From: a virus
Lineage: Duplodnaviria; Caudoviricetes
Length of the DNA stretch: 54,113 nt
Direction: 5' to 3' (one strand)
Virus record (IMG/VR): IMGVR_UViG_3300027797_000037
Coordinates: 1 to 54,113 of that record
Positions 27,490 through 36,383 of this stretch are shown here, in pieces. Positions within the stretch are counted from its first letter, which is position 1, and each line of letters starts with the position of its first letter. The position numbers and the translations under genes are program-made. The notes under the pieces were generated by a model. The model made no database searches, was not told the DNA's origin, and saw only the letters and a list, made by a program, of their open reading frames with translations.

Positions 27490-30035
27490 TATCTACTTCC
27501 CATCGCTGAAATTGTCGAATCGTTGTGCAGGTACTCTTTTACTTTTTTAGCAAAACGAGCCGCTTCTTCATCTGAAGCCTTGTCAATTTTAAGGGTAATA
27601 TTAATAGTTGTATTGCCTTGTGGCCCTACCGCTGCGGCTGCAATTGAAGCGCCAAACCCAGATGAACCTCCACCGCCAGGTATTTCTAGCGCACCTAAAC
27701 CTCGATTAAATCTTTTAGTAGCGGCCTCATCAGATTGATCTTTTGGTCGCTCAAAGATTCTCATAAACGCCGCTGTTGCGTCGTACCTGCTTGCCTCTGG
27801 GTTTGTTAAAATCCCCATTAAATCTTTGTAACCTTTGTGGTTTAACTCTTTCATTAAGAACATTTTTTGTGCTTCTAAGGTTGATGGATCTAACCCTTGT
27901 TCTGCAGAAAACTTTTTTAAGTTATCCCAACGACCTTTGTGCCATTGAGCAATTCCATAGGAAGTGCCTTTGTCACCAAGTGCATTAGTACGCATATTAG
28001 ACTCGGCCATAAGGTTTGCTACAACGCCAAAAGCACCATTAGGACTTAAACCTTGTGTAACAAGCCAATCCCGCATTTCTTTTGCAACTTCGTGAGGCTT
28101 TCCTGTAGGGGATCCAGTTGGAGATGTAGAACTTTGACTATCGTTAGAATCATACCAAGCAAATGCTTGGTTCAAAGAAAGAAGTCCTTGAGTTCCTAGA
28201 CTTGCCATTGTGGTAGACAATTTTGCTGGAGAGTTTGAACGAGCAGCGCCGCTTAACTCGCTAGGGTTAACAGGGTTGTTCTTTCCTCTACGCACTTCGT
28301 AGTGAAGGTGAGGGCCTGTAGTGTTACCAGATTTTCCAGATTTACCAATTATTTGTCCAGCAGAAACGCTTGCGCCAAGTTGTACATCGCGGGAACTTAA
28401 GTGTCCGTACAATGTTTGGTAACCATTTGCGTGATCAATAACTACGGCTGTTCCGTAGTCTGCGCCAGGGCTGATACTGGAAACAACACCGTCCATATAA
28501 CTCTTTACTGGAGTTCCAACTGGTACTGCATAATCAACACCTGTGTGAGTGCCGTTAGTAGAGGACCAAATTCCGCTGTTATTTTTTTCTCCAAAGCCTG
28601 CACTTATTGCGCCATTAACAGGTGCGCCTCCGCCAATTGCAGCACCGTAACCAGAGGATGCTCCACCAAGACCGCGAGCACCGTAACCTGAAGAACCTCC
28701 ACCAGGCACCAGAAGTGATGCAGCCGTCATAAAGTCTGCAGCAGCGGCGGCAAAGATAGGCGCTGCATCCATAATTCCCCTACCAATGTTTGACCCGTAG
28801 TAACCGTCTGCATAACCCTTCAATCGCCCTAATGCTGGAGCAGTCAGTTCAAGTGCTTCGTTTAAAATATTAATTTGTACGGCGGCGTCGTGGAACCCCG
28901 CAACCATCGACCCAGTTGCTGCTTGCATTAGTTCAGTTTCAGACTCATTCATTATTCCAACTGCGTCAAGTGATGTATTTTTGTTATCTCCTACTGACTC
29001 TGCTTTAGCAAGATCTGGATCTCTTCCACCTGCAATATCAATAAACATCTGTGAAAAGATTGCTTGTTGCGCATCAGTAAATCCCATAGTTTTTAAGTTG
29101 GCACCTGCGTTACCCATAAGGAGTGCGTTTTGTACATCTTTTTCAGTAGCGCCCTTTTGAAACATTTGGTTAAAAAGTTCTTTAGCAATTTGTCCTGTTG
29201 ACTTTTGTTCTCCTGAAGCAGCGTCGTAAGTGTCAATGCCATATTGATAGAGGTTAGCCCCGCTTTGTCCAGAGTGAAGTCCAGCAATTGCTTGTGCTGC
29301 TGGAGCGTTTTCCATTCCTAAATACCTAAACGCTCCACCAACTTCAGAGGCTGCTTGTTTAAAACTTGCACTTCCTGGAATATAACCAGCACTTGCAAGA
29401 AGCGGTGCAACCATTCCATCTGCACCAACGCTTGAAAGTCCTCCATGACCCATTGCCTTTAAAGTAGATCGTTGCAGATCTCCTCTACTAATACCAGGTG
29501 CACGAAGGGCTGCTTGGTAGTAACCGATGTCTCTTTGTATAGTGAGCGCAGTATCAGGCATTTGCCCCATTGATTGTACGGCCAGTGCAGCGGCTGTCTT
29601 TATTGCACCAAGTCCTCCGCGATACGCAGCCTCAAGGGGAGAAATACCCAACGAAATTCCCGCAAACTCCACGTTTTGACCACCGCCACCTTGTGGGCTG
29701 ACGGTGCTCAGTGCTTGAGCGTGTGCAACGCGTCGTTCTGATCCTTGGTGCTGTCCAGAAAAATCTGCCATAGAGTTTTCTAAGAAGTTTTGTCCATTGG
29801 ATCCTTGGGCAACAGGGTACGAGAAACCTGCCATTGATGGCATCTGGGAGTTTCCACTATTACCGAGCCCGTACTGACCACCCATTGATTGGATGGAACC
29901 ACGGACATCGGTAATAGCAGATGCTGCAACACCTTTTACACGTGCAACAGCCTCATAGAGTTCATTAACTTTTTTAGTTAAGGTGTCAACGCCGTCGGTC
30001 AGGCCTTGAAGGTTATTAACCATCTCGTTAGCCAT
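27489..30035 (-). CDS. Tape measure protein with M23 peptidase and phage tail lysozyme domains
   Basis: Ala/Gly helical N-half; HTGVD, YGHLS, GPHLHYE; ANLMAES, YGIAQW, FERP. Confidence 0.88.
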   Translation of the reverse strand: MANEMVNNLQGLTDGVDTLTKKVNELYEAVARVKGVAASAITDVRGSIQSMGGQYGLGNSGNSQMPSMAGFSYPVAQGSNGQNFLENSMADFSGQHQGSERRVAHAQALSTVSPQGGGGQNVEFAGISLGISPLEAAYRGGLGAIKTAAALAVQSMGQMPDTALTIQRDIGYYQAALRAPGISRGDLQRSTLKAMGHGGLSSVGADGMVAPLLASAGYIPGSASFKQAASEVGGAFRYLGMENAPAAQAIAGLHSGQSGANLYQYGIDTYDAASGEQKSTGQIAKELFNQMFQKGATEKDVQNALLMGNAGANLKTMGFTDAQQAIFSQMFIDIAGGRDPDLAKAESVGDNKNTSLDAVGIMNESETELMQAATGSMVAGFHDAAVQINILNEALELTAPALGRLKGYADGYYGSNIGRGIMDAAPIFAAAAADFMTAASLLVPGGGSSGYGARGLGGASSGYGAAIGGGAPVNGAISAGFGEKNNSGIWSSTNGTHTGVDYAVPVGTPVKSYMDGVVSSISPGADYGTAVVIDHANGYQTLYGHLSSRDVQLGASVSAGQIIGKSGKSGNTTGPHLHYEVRRGKNNPVNPSELSGAARSNSPAKLSTTMASLGTQGLLSLNQAFAWYDSNDSQSSTSPTGSPTGKPHEVAKEMRDWLVTQGLSPNGAFGVVANLMAESNMRTNALGDKGTSYGIAQWHKGRWDNLKKFSAEQGLDPSTLEAQKMFLMKELNHKGYKDLMGILTNPEASRYDATAAFMRIFERPKDQSDEAATKRFNRGLGALEIPGGGGSSGFGASIAAAAVGPQGNTTINITLKIDKASDEEAARFAKKVKEYLHNDSTISAMGSR

Positions 30036-30036
30036 G

Positions 30037-30189
30037 CTAGTCCCTTCTAGACGTTACCCTGGCTATTTCTATCCAGTTTTTTCTTTCTCTTGGAGATAAC
30101 TTTTGTATCTCTGATAATGTCCACCCTTTAAACGAATGAGTCAAGGTTGACCACTCTCTTATAAGGAGGTTGTACGAGTTAAAGTTAAA
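30037..30189 (-). CDS. Tail assembly chaperone extension (probable frameshift product)
   Basis: GWTLSEIQKLSPRERKNWI; no ATG/RBS after upstream stop; lies in +1 frame. Confidence 0.65.
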   Translation of the reverse strand, partial: FNFNSYNLLIREWSTLTHSFKGWTLSEIQKLSPRERKNWIEIARVTSRRD

Positions 30190-31000
30190 AGCGAAACAAG
30201 TTGCCAAAATTAATTGGAACCCGTACCTCGCTCTCACAATCGGGGCAAGTAACCGAAACATCTTCTAACTTTGGCCCTGGAACACGTTTCATAATTTCGG
30301 CGCTTACTAAGCGGCGATCTGCAAGGCTCAATTTTTGAACCTGTAGTTTGCTAACTACTGGCATGTCGTTAATCTCTAAAATAGTCTTTTCAAGAAGAAC
30401 GGTACTAAGTTCTGCTGGTGTTTTGTCCGCATTGTTAATGAGTTCTCTTTGTGCTACTCCTGTAGGAAGTTGAACTTTAATTACTGTGTTCTTTCCTTCT
30501 ACCATAAAAATAGTTTCATTAATTGGATCTGTTAACACCTTGCTTTTGATGTCGGTGTTTAGATCAACACTTACTTCTTTAACAACAGAACACCCTGTGC
30601 AATACGCGGGGATTGTAGTTGTTGAACCAAATGTGGCTTTAATGATCCCAATGACAAGAGCGTCTCTGTCTCCTGCCAACATGCTGTCTAAGAGTTCTTC
30701 TGTAGCCTTTTCACGACCAACACTTACAGTGCCGCGATTGAGGACGGTAAGCATTGCTTTTCCAATTGTAGTTGCTTTAGAAATTGCTTCTTCATCAGAG
30801 CCGTTTAATTCTCTAACCTCTGCCTCCGTGATGACCTCCCCAGCGTCATTAATGTAGCCGCCAGGGAGGATCACCAAGGTGTCTGAAGGAGAAGTAATTT
30901 TTACGTCACCATCTATAGACTTAGGTTGTTCTTGAAGAGCCTGTTGAATCAGGTTGTTTGCCAATGCGGGGTTATTCGCTGAACTAATTGTATTCGTCAT
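30185..31000 (-). CDS. Tail assembly chaperone / baseplate hub assembly protein
   Basis: VRELNG.DEE, GDRDAL, two CxxC; between tube and tape measure. Confidence 0.78.
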   Translation of the reverse strand: MTNTISSANNPALANNLIQQALQEQPKSIDGDVKITSPSDTLVILPGGYINDAGEVITEAEVRELNGSDEEAISKATTIGKAMLTVLNRGTVSVGREKATEELLDSMLAGDRDALVIGIIKATFGSTTTIPAYCTGCSVVKEVSVDLNTDIKSKVLTDPINETIFMVEGKNTVIKVQLPTGVAQRELINNADKTPAELSTVLLEKTILEINDMPVVSKLQVQKLSLADRRLVSAEIMKRVPGPKLEDVSVTCPDCESEVRVPINFGNLFRF

Positions 31001-31012
31001 TTTATTCCTTTT

Positions 31013-31672
31013 TTAGGTTGCAGGGATTGCTGTGGCGTCTGTGCCAATGGTTGTTCCAATTGAGATGTCAAATCCTTCATGAATTAGAGTCATCTGCTCA
31101 ACAAGAAGAGCGTTATCTCCAGCATTTAGATCTGAGTAAGCAATTGCAGTTGGCCATGCGTTGTAAACTTTAAAACGCATTCCAACAGTATCAGTAGAGT
31201 TGTTTGTCTTTGTAACATCTTTTCCTGCAGTGTCTTTAACGGTAGTTGCCGTACCGTCTTCTTCACCTGCAGCAGGGGTTGGGTGTGCCAGTACTTGGAT
31301 GTCAAGATCGCAACGGAAGTTTTGTCCAACAGTACGGAGAGTTCCTCCAGCGTTCATTGTTGAGAAGATGTTACGCATCCACTTCCAGTGACGATCAGCG
31401 TTTGCACCAAGCATTACACCACGTTGTAGTGTAATTGGGGTAAACGTTGACTGACCAGGAATCTGGTGTACGGTTGTGTTATATCCACCTTCACGGTAAG
31501 GAATAGAGTCTGTAGCAATAGAAAGACCTGATACAGATGTAAACCCAAACTTTACAGACTTGAGGGCTGCAATAGTACTGTTAGTAGAGTCTTGCGGATT
31601 AAACGTAACCAAGAATCGGAAGTTACGTAGAGGATCTGTTTCCATAGATCCTCTGTTATTGATAAAAGCCAT
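31013..31672 (-). CDS. Tail tube protein (T4 gp19-like)
   Basis: DPLRNFRF, YREGG, PG..F..ITLQRG, NAWP, E...HEG. Confidence 0.93.
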   Translation of the reverse strand: MAFINNRGSMETDPLRNFRFLVTFNPQDSTNSTIAALKSVKFGFTSVSGLSIATDSIPYREGGYNTTVHQIPGQSTFTPITLQRGVMLGANADRHWKWMRNIFSTMNAGGTLRTVGQNFRCDLDIQVLAHPTPAAGEEDGTATTVKDTAGKDVTKTNNSTDTVGMRFKVYNAWPTAIAYSDLNAGDNALLVEQMTLIHEGFDISIGTTIGTDATAIPAT

Positions 31673-31692
31673 TTGTAATTTCTCCTTCGGGG

Positions 31693-33195
31693 TTAGTTAA
31701 TTGACTTTTGGCTGAGGTCAATGACGATGAACTCTGCAGGGTATTGAAGAGCAACACCGACTTGAATGTGTACTTCACCATTTTGGATCTGTACAGCGGT
31801 GTTATTTTCTGCATCACACTTTACAAAGAAAGCCTGGGCAGGGGTAGCACCACGAAGACCGCCTTGATTGCGGTATTGGTTTAGGAACACAGCGACCACA
31901 GTAGTGATCTGTGCCCAAAGACGCTCATCGTTGTTTTCAAAGATAGCGAATTCAGTAATGTTCTTTAGCGTCTTTCGGATGTAAATTAAAGAACGACGCA
32001 TGTTGACATACTTGTTTGCTGTACCGTCTTGCATCAGTGTACGAGCACCCATAACAACTAAACCTGCTCCAGGCACTGCACGGATTGGGTTTACAGGGGA
32101 TGTGCTTGAGTTCATTGTGTCAAGTTCTGTTGAGGTAAATCCCTTTTCAACTGAAACGACGCCACGGACTGCCATAGAAAGTCCTGCAGGAGCCTTAAAC
32201 ACACCTGTCTTAGCATCAGTATCAAGGTACAAACCTGCTATTGAACCTGAAGGACCAATCTTACGAAGAGCACTTGAAGAACGTCCAATTGGATCTGCAA
32301 TAAGAAGGTTAGGGTAATAAACAGCGCCGTGGCTTGAATCTGTAAGGCTTCCAGCAAATGAGATTGCTTGAGCAACAGTTCTATTAGGTGCTGTATCAAT
32401 TACAACAAATCCTTCGTTGCTTTCTGCCCAAGAAGTTGCAGCATCAATAACTCCAGGAACGTTAGAAGCAAGTGAGTGCACTGCTGGTAAAAAGAACACA
32501 AGAGGGCGGTTAATTGTAGAGAAGTCTTCAAACACAGAAACATCTGATCCCTTGTAGTCAAGGTAATCTGCTGCAACTGGAGTTGAACCGTCTCCTCCTC
32601 CTGTGAGGGGGTAGGTGTTGGCTACAGGAGTGCCTGATCCGCTGTAACTAATTTCAATTGTTGAAGAGACAAGGTTTACTACTGTTTCTGCAAAACTTGT
32701 TGATGTCTCGTCATCAAACACGATGTTCTCATAACGTTCTAAAAGAATATCGTCGGTGCGGTCACCTGCTACACCTGATTCTTTGTAGACTGAAAGGGTG
32801 TAGTGACTTGCAATAGATCCTGCAGTGATTTTAACACGAAGGTTGTTTCCGTCTACTCCTGCGTTTTTTGCGACAACTGTAGCAACAACTGCACTTGCTG
32901 AAGTCAAAATATTTACATCAGCCTTTCCTGCATCTGATGCAAGGAGGCGCTTAACATAAAGTTCGCGTCCACCGTTTGAGAAGAATGCTCCCACTTGAAA
33001 TGTTGCTGGGTAAGAAGCGTTGTATCCACCAAAGGTGTTTACAAATTGGTACCAAGATGAAACAAAAGTCACAATTTCTGGACCTTCAGCAAAAGGCGCA
33101 ACAACTGCACCTGCTGCATCAGCATTTGCCCCCGTATTGACTGGGGCGGAAAGTAGGCGTTCACTTAGGTAAACACCTGGGCGGCTATAAGCCAT
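31693..33195 (-). CDS. Tail sheath protein
   Basis: RPGVY, KAPAG, VNPIR, GARTL, YVNMRR, FENND, YPAEFI. Confidence 0.96.
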   Translation of the reverse strand: MAYSRPGVYLSERLLSAPVNTGANADAAGAVVAPFAEGPEIVTFVSSWYQFVNTFGGYNASYPATFQVGAFFSNGGRELYVKRLLASDAGKADVNILTSASAVVATVVAKNAGVDGNNLRVKITAGSIASHYTLSVYKESGVAGDRTDDILLERYENIVFDDETSTSFAETVVNLVSSTIEISYSGSGTPVANTYPLTGGGDGSTPVAADYLDYKGSDVSVFEDFSTINRPLVFFLPAVHSLASNVPGVIDAATSWAESNEGFVVIDTAPNRTVAQAISFAGSLTDSSHGAVYYPNLLIADPIGRSSSALRKIGPSGSIAGLYLDTDAKTGVFKAPAGLSMAVRGVVSVEKGFTSTELDTMNSSTSPVNPIRAVPGAGLVVMGARTLMQDGTANKYVNMRRSLIYIRKTLKNITEFAIFENNDERLWAQITTVVAVFLNQYRNQGGLRGATPAQAFFVKCDAENNTAVQIQNGEVHIQVGVALQYPAEFIVIDLSQKSIN

Positions 33196-33231
33196 TGTTT
33201 TCTCCTAACTAGTTGGGTAAGGGGTTCCGAA

Positions 33232-33894
33232 TTATTCTGGGAGTGTAAACGACTCAACAGCCTCAAACGGATACCTTGTACTGCCTTGAGTAAAGGTTCC
33301 GAGTGTGCCTGTAAGGTTAACTTGCGACACTTTATGAAATACTCGAAATACAGATGGCTGTACTTCGCTTGAAACACGTACGGTAATAGCGTTTACAAAT
33401 AAACGCTTTCCCGACTCTGTAATGTCTCTTTTTGAAACATCCAAAACATCCAGACGACGATAGGTTCCATCATCTGTATCCAAAACGGCAAACCGCAATG
33501 GAATCTTTGTTCCTAGTAACTGCGCTAGGATTGAACGATCATGCCGTGGTTGGCGTGAATACACAGTAATTTGATAATCAATATTTACTGGGATTGGGTA
33601 ATCAACTTCCCAAGTTCCGTCTTGGTTTGCATTTTGCACACCTAGTGGAGGAGCCATGTAGTGGGGTTGCGCTTTTCCACGCATGGCTCGCATAACGTCT
33701 TCAGCAATGTCAATCATATCTATTGTGATGTAGGGGTACATCTGAGTAGTAATTTCTTGATCAGGTTGGCCAAACCACACCTTTACAGGACGAGTAGTTA
33801 TTTGAGTAGAACCAGCCTTTTGGTCAGTAACGGTCATACCTGTCAGAAGGGTTTTTAGCGCTTGATCTTCGCTGAGAAGAAAGTTTATTGTCAT
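33232..33894 (-). CDS. Tail terminator / completion protein
   Basis: YPYITID...PIPVNIDYQITVYSR; upstream of sheath. Confidence 0.7.
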   Translation of the reverse strand: MTINFLLSEDQALKTLLTGMTVTDQKAGSTQITTRPVKVWFGQPDQEITTQMYPYITIDMIDIAEDVMRAMRGKAQPHYMAPPLGVQNANQDGTWEVDYPIPVNIDYQITVYSRQPRHDRSILAQLLGTKIPLRFAVLDTDDGTYRRLDVLDVSKRDITESGKRLFVNAITVRVSSEVQPSVFRVFHKVSQVNLTGTLGTFTQGSTRYPFEAVESFTLPE

Positions 33895-34211
33895 AATGAT
33901 TTCTCCACGTACTTGAAAAGACGTTTTGAAATAAATTTTTCTGCTTCATTTGTGCGGTTAGCAAACCTGCGGATGGTCGCTGTTGGAGAGTTTCCAGGGG
34001 TTCCGTACTCTAGGTCCAAGGCTTTTGCTTTGTGGCTCTCGTGGACGTGGGCTGAAAATCCTTGGCTCTTTTTGTAGCCAACTCCCATACCGCGTACAAC
34101 TTCGCTGGGCCAGTTACTTTTGCGTGCTTCATTACGCAAGTGGGCACCCATCATTCGGGTTGCGTCAATGCTTGCTTTGTGGATTGCTGATTCGAAAGTT
34201 TTTTGATTCAC
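33891..34211 (-). CDS. Putative neck/tail completion protein
   Basis: LEYGT...P...IRRF resembles HK97 gp10-like C-terminus. Confidence 0.55.
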   Translation of the reverse strand: MNQKTFESAIHKASIDATRMMGAHLRNEARKSNWPSEVVRGMGVGYKKSQGFSAHVHESHKAKALDLEYGTPGNSPTATIRRFANRTNEAEKFISKRLFKYVEKSL

Positions 34212-34384
34212 TTCTTTTTAATGGCCTTCGCAGCAACTTTGCCACCAACGTAGCCTGCGATAAGACCAGTAAAGAGTGCACTGTTTCTTTTGGGTTGGCT
34301 AACGTATACGCCCTTCATGAACTCTTCAACGTCTTCTCGACCGTTCAGTTCAGCGGCACGCTCATACCAAGGCTTCCAAGCCAT
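34208..34384 (-). CDS. 58-aa protein with C-terminal hydrophobic helix (not in ORF track)
   Basis: MAWKPWYERAAELNG...ALFTGLIAGYVGGKVAAKAIKKK; GGGG RBS; GTGA overlap. Confidence 0.7.
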   Translation of the reverse strand: MAWKPWYERAAELNGREDVEEFMKGVYVSQPKRNSALFTGLIAGYVGGKVAAKAIKKK

Positions 34385-34453
34385 AATAAACCCCTTTATC
34401 GCAAGTAGTGGGAACTACACAGGGCACGCATGTGATCCTGATACTGCAATGAT

Positions 34454-34480
34454 AAAGAAGAAAGGCCCCTTTCGGGGCCT
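34454..34480 (-). terminator. Rho-independent terminator
   Basis: AGGCCCC-GAAA-GGGGCCT followed by TTCTTCTTT. Confidence 0.88.
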
Positions 34481-34499
34481 AACTACTTACTTCTTTTTT

Positions 34500-34655
34500 C
34501 TACATGCCCCTTTTTTGCTTCATACCCATCTTAGGAACTTTACCCTTTTTAAGTGCTTTAAAGTCAGCGCCAGTGATTTTGGTTGTAGGTTTTGCAGCCC
34601 CAGCAATCTTTATCTGCTTAGGGGTTAATGGTTTAGGTTTTGATGACTTGGCCAT
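34500..34655 (-). CDS. 51-aa Lys-rich peptide (not in ORF track)
   Basis: MAKSSKPKPLTPKQIKIA...KITGADFKALKK...; TAATG coupling. Confidence 0.72.
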   Translation of the reverse strand: MAKSSKPKPLTPKQIKIAGAAKPTTKITGADFKALKKGKVPKMGMKQKRGM

Positions 34656-34777
34656 TACTTCTTGTCCTTCTTTTTAGTTGGTTTACTTTTGGTTTTTGCA
34701 AACTTCTTATTAGCAGAAGCAAGGGTCTTCATCCCATGTTTATCTTTAGGCTTCATGCAGCCACAGGTGGCACACAT
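34655..34777 (-). CDS. 40-aa Lys-rich peptide with N-terminal CxxCGC (not in ORF track)
   Basis: MCATCGCMKPKDKHGMKTLASANKKF...; TAATG coupling on both sides. Confidence 0.72.
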   Translation of the reverse strand: MCATCGCMKPKDKHGMKTLASANKKFAKTKSKPTKKKDKK

Positions 34778-34896
34778 TACTTCTTCTTTCCCTTACAGGC
34801 CTTGCAAGTACCGCAAGTACAAGCCTTCTTTGACTTTGGGCCCTTGCCAAAACCTGGCTCGCCCTTTTTCTTACCACATCCACATGCTGCACACAT
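34777..34896 (-). CDS. 39-aa Cys/Lys-rich metallothionein-like peptide (not in ORF track)
   Basis: MCAACGCGKKKGEPGFGKGPKSKKACTCGTCKACKGKKK. Confidence 0.72.
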   Translation of the reverse strand: MCAACGCGKKKGEPGFGKGPKSKKACTCGTCKACKGKKK

Positions 34897-35037
34897 CTAC
34901 TTGCTCACTTTCTTCTTAGGTTTGGATTTTGCAACTCCTTTTGCAGGGACACAATTTGGAACTTTCTTGCCATTCTTCATCTTCATGCCTACCTGAGTGT
35001 AGCCATCCCAACATGGATCTGTCTTCTTAGTTGCCAT
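34897..35037 (-). CDS. 46-aa basic peptide with CWDGY...VPNCVP motif (not in ORF track)
   Basis: MATKKTDPCWDGYTQVGMKMKNGKKVPNCVPAK...; TAATG coupling. Confidence 0.75.
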   Translation of the reverse strand: MATKKTDPCWDGYTQVGMKMKNGKKVPNCVPAKGVAKSKPKKKVSK

Positions 35038-35300
35038 TAGCAATCCCATTTTCTACGTGCTTTGTTTAGTCTACTGTTTGGATCTTTTGCTGCTTTTGGA
35101 AAATCTTTTGCCTGTCCAGCAGAACGTGCACAGTAACTCTTGCGACGTGCTGCAGACTTGGGAGACTTCTTTGCCTGCTCTTTGCTTACAGGAGGCTTAA
35201 GGTTATGGCCTTCTTTTTTAGCAGAAGCGCGACCTTTGGCGTTCAGCCCACCTTCTTTGTTCTGTCCCTCTTTGCGTTGCCACGCCGCTGTCTTAGCCAT
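35037..35300 (-). CDS. DUF6321-like basic protein
   Basis: AWQRKEG..GGLNAKGRAS..LKPPV..RRKSYCAR..DPNSRL..ARRKWDC. Confidence 0.8.
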   Translation of the reverse strand: MAKTAAWQRKEGQNKEGGLNAKGRASAKKEGHNLKPPVSKEQAKKSPKSAARRKSYCARSAGQAKDFPKAAKDPNSRLNKARRKWDC

Positions 35301-35493
35301 TTTTACCTGCCATGGTTGGGCTTGTCATGTTCCCCACTCCAGGTAAAGAGGCCATAGATTTGCTTTGCATCTGAGCGTTTGTGCCCATAATTTTAAGCGC
35401 ACCACTCATTGAACTTCTAAACCGTCCAAACGCTTCTCCTGCAGGAGTGTCTGTATTAAATAGGCTTTTAAATTGGCTATTGCTTATGCTCAT
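35293..35493 (-). CDS. Hypothetical protein
   Basis: 66 aa, overlaps both neighbours. Confidence 0.65.
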   Translation of the reverse strand: MSISNSQFKSLFNTDTPAGEAFGRFRSSMSGALKIMGTNAQMQSKSMASLPGVGNMTSPTMAGKNG

Positions 35494-35696
35494 TTTTTAA
35501 CCGCCTTCTGTGGCTTTGGTTTATTTGTTTGAGCATGTTTCTCTGTTAATTTTGCTAGTTCTACTTCGTGCTTTTTTTGCAAAGCCTCTACTTCTAACTT
35601 TTGGGACTTAGGTGCTCTTGCCATTGCTTTAAGTCCTCCCCCGTTTGGGTACGCTAGTGGTGCTGCTTTTAATTTTGTAGAACTGTGGTTTTCCAC
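35490..35696 (-). CDS. Basic hypothetical protein
   Basis: Start trimmed to GTG 35696 just after the acidic peptide stop. Confidence 0.6.
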   Translation of the reverse strand: MENHSSTKLKAAPLAYPNGGGLKAMARAPKSQKLEVEALQKKHEVELAKLTEKHAQTNKPKPQKAVKK

Positions 35697-35697
35697 G

Positions 35698-35802
35698 TTA
35701 GTCTTCATCCTCGTCGTAAAGATCTTCAAGATCAAGATCTTCTAATTCTACATCTTCGTCTTCAAAGAGCGAAGGGTCAATCTCAACTTCAAAATTATCC
35801 AC
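35698..35802 (-). CDS. 34-aa hyper-acidic peptide (not in ORF track)
   Basis: MDNFEVEIDPSLFEDEDVELEDLDLEDLYDEDED; AGGAG RBS 6 nt before GTG. Confidence 0.7.
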   Translation of the reverse strand: MDNFEVEIDPSLFEDEDVELEDLDLEDLYDEDED

Positions 35803-35811
35803 AATTGTCTC

Positions 35812-36345
35812 CTAGTTTGAATACGCCTGGAACTGAGGGTCGTTGACGAGTTCTTCGGCATTGACCTGGTTACAGTCTATAGTGACTACAGAATACCGCT
35901 CTTTATAAAGTCCACGAGGTAAAACACGGGTTGGAACAAAGACTAAATTGCGGAAGATAATTCTGTCTTTTATATGCTGGGTAGGGTTTATGACCACATC
36001 AGGAAGAAGCCTATTTAAATCATCAACTGCAATTACTAGGCGCAAGGTATCGGTCACATAAAAACCACGTTCGTTCATGACGTTGGTAGAACGAAGTTGT
36101 TGAGCCATAATGACTGGCAGATCAAAGGGGTCATTCCATCGGCGCCCTTGGCCTTCTTCTGCACTGGAGACATCGTAAATTGGGTCAACAAAGGTCTCGT
36201 AGTCCGCTGCCAAAGCATTGGGGTCCCAAGTCCACCAAGCAACTTTGGTGCCTACAGGGTCACGGAGTTCATCAACGATGCCCTCATCCATAGACATTGT
36301 TTCAAAGTCGATCTTGAATCGTCCTTGTACTTTATTACCACGCAT
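35812..36345 (-). CDS. Putative head closure / neck protein
   Basis: DPIYDV..GRRW..P..LPV..RGFY.TD; structural context. Confidence 0.6.
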   Translation of the reverse strand: MRGNKVQGRFKIDFETMSMDEGIVDELRDPVGTKVAWWTWDPNALAADYETFVDPIYDVSSAEEGQGRRWNDPFDLPVIMAQQLRSTNVMNERGFYVTDTLRLVIAVDDLNRLLPDVVINPTQHIKDRIIFRNLVFVPTRVLPRGLYKERYSVVTIDCNQVNAEELVNDPQFQAYSN

Positions 36346-36358
36346 GGTCAGGATTATC
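36346..36358 (-). promoter_or_regulatory. Candidate leaderless promoter -10 (GATAAT)
   Basis: GATAAT-7 nt-ATG. Confidence 0.45.
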
Positions 36359-36383
36359 CTCTATCGTTACTAGAAAAAAAGTA

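Noticed and set aside
18871-33894. eCIS, tailocin or T6SS
   Set aside because: Capsid, neck and complete replication genes are linked, so this is a phage
33983-34996. Plus-strand ORFs in the track, and other plus-strand ORFs except 41072..41539
   Set aside because: Antisense shadows of coupled minus-strand genes, without RBS or recognisable motifs
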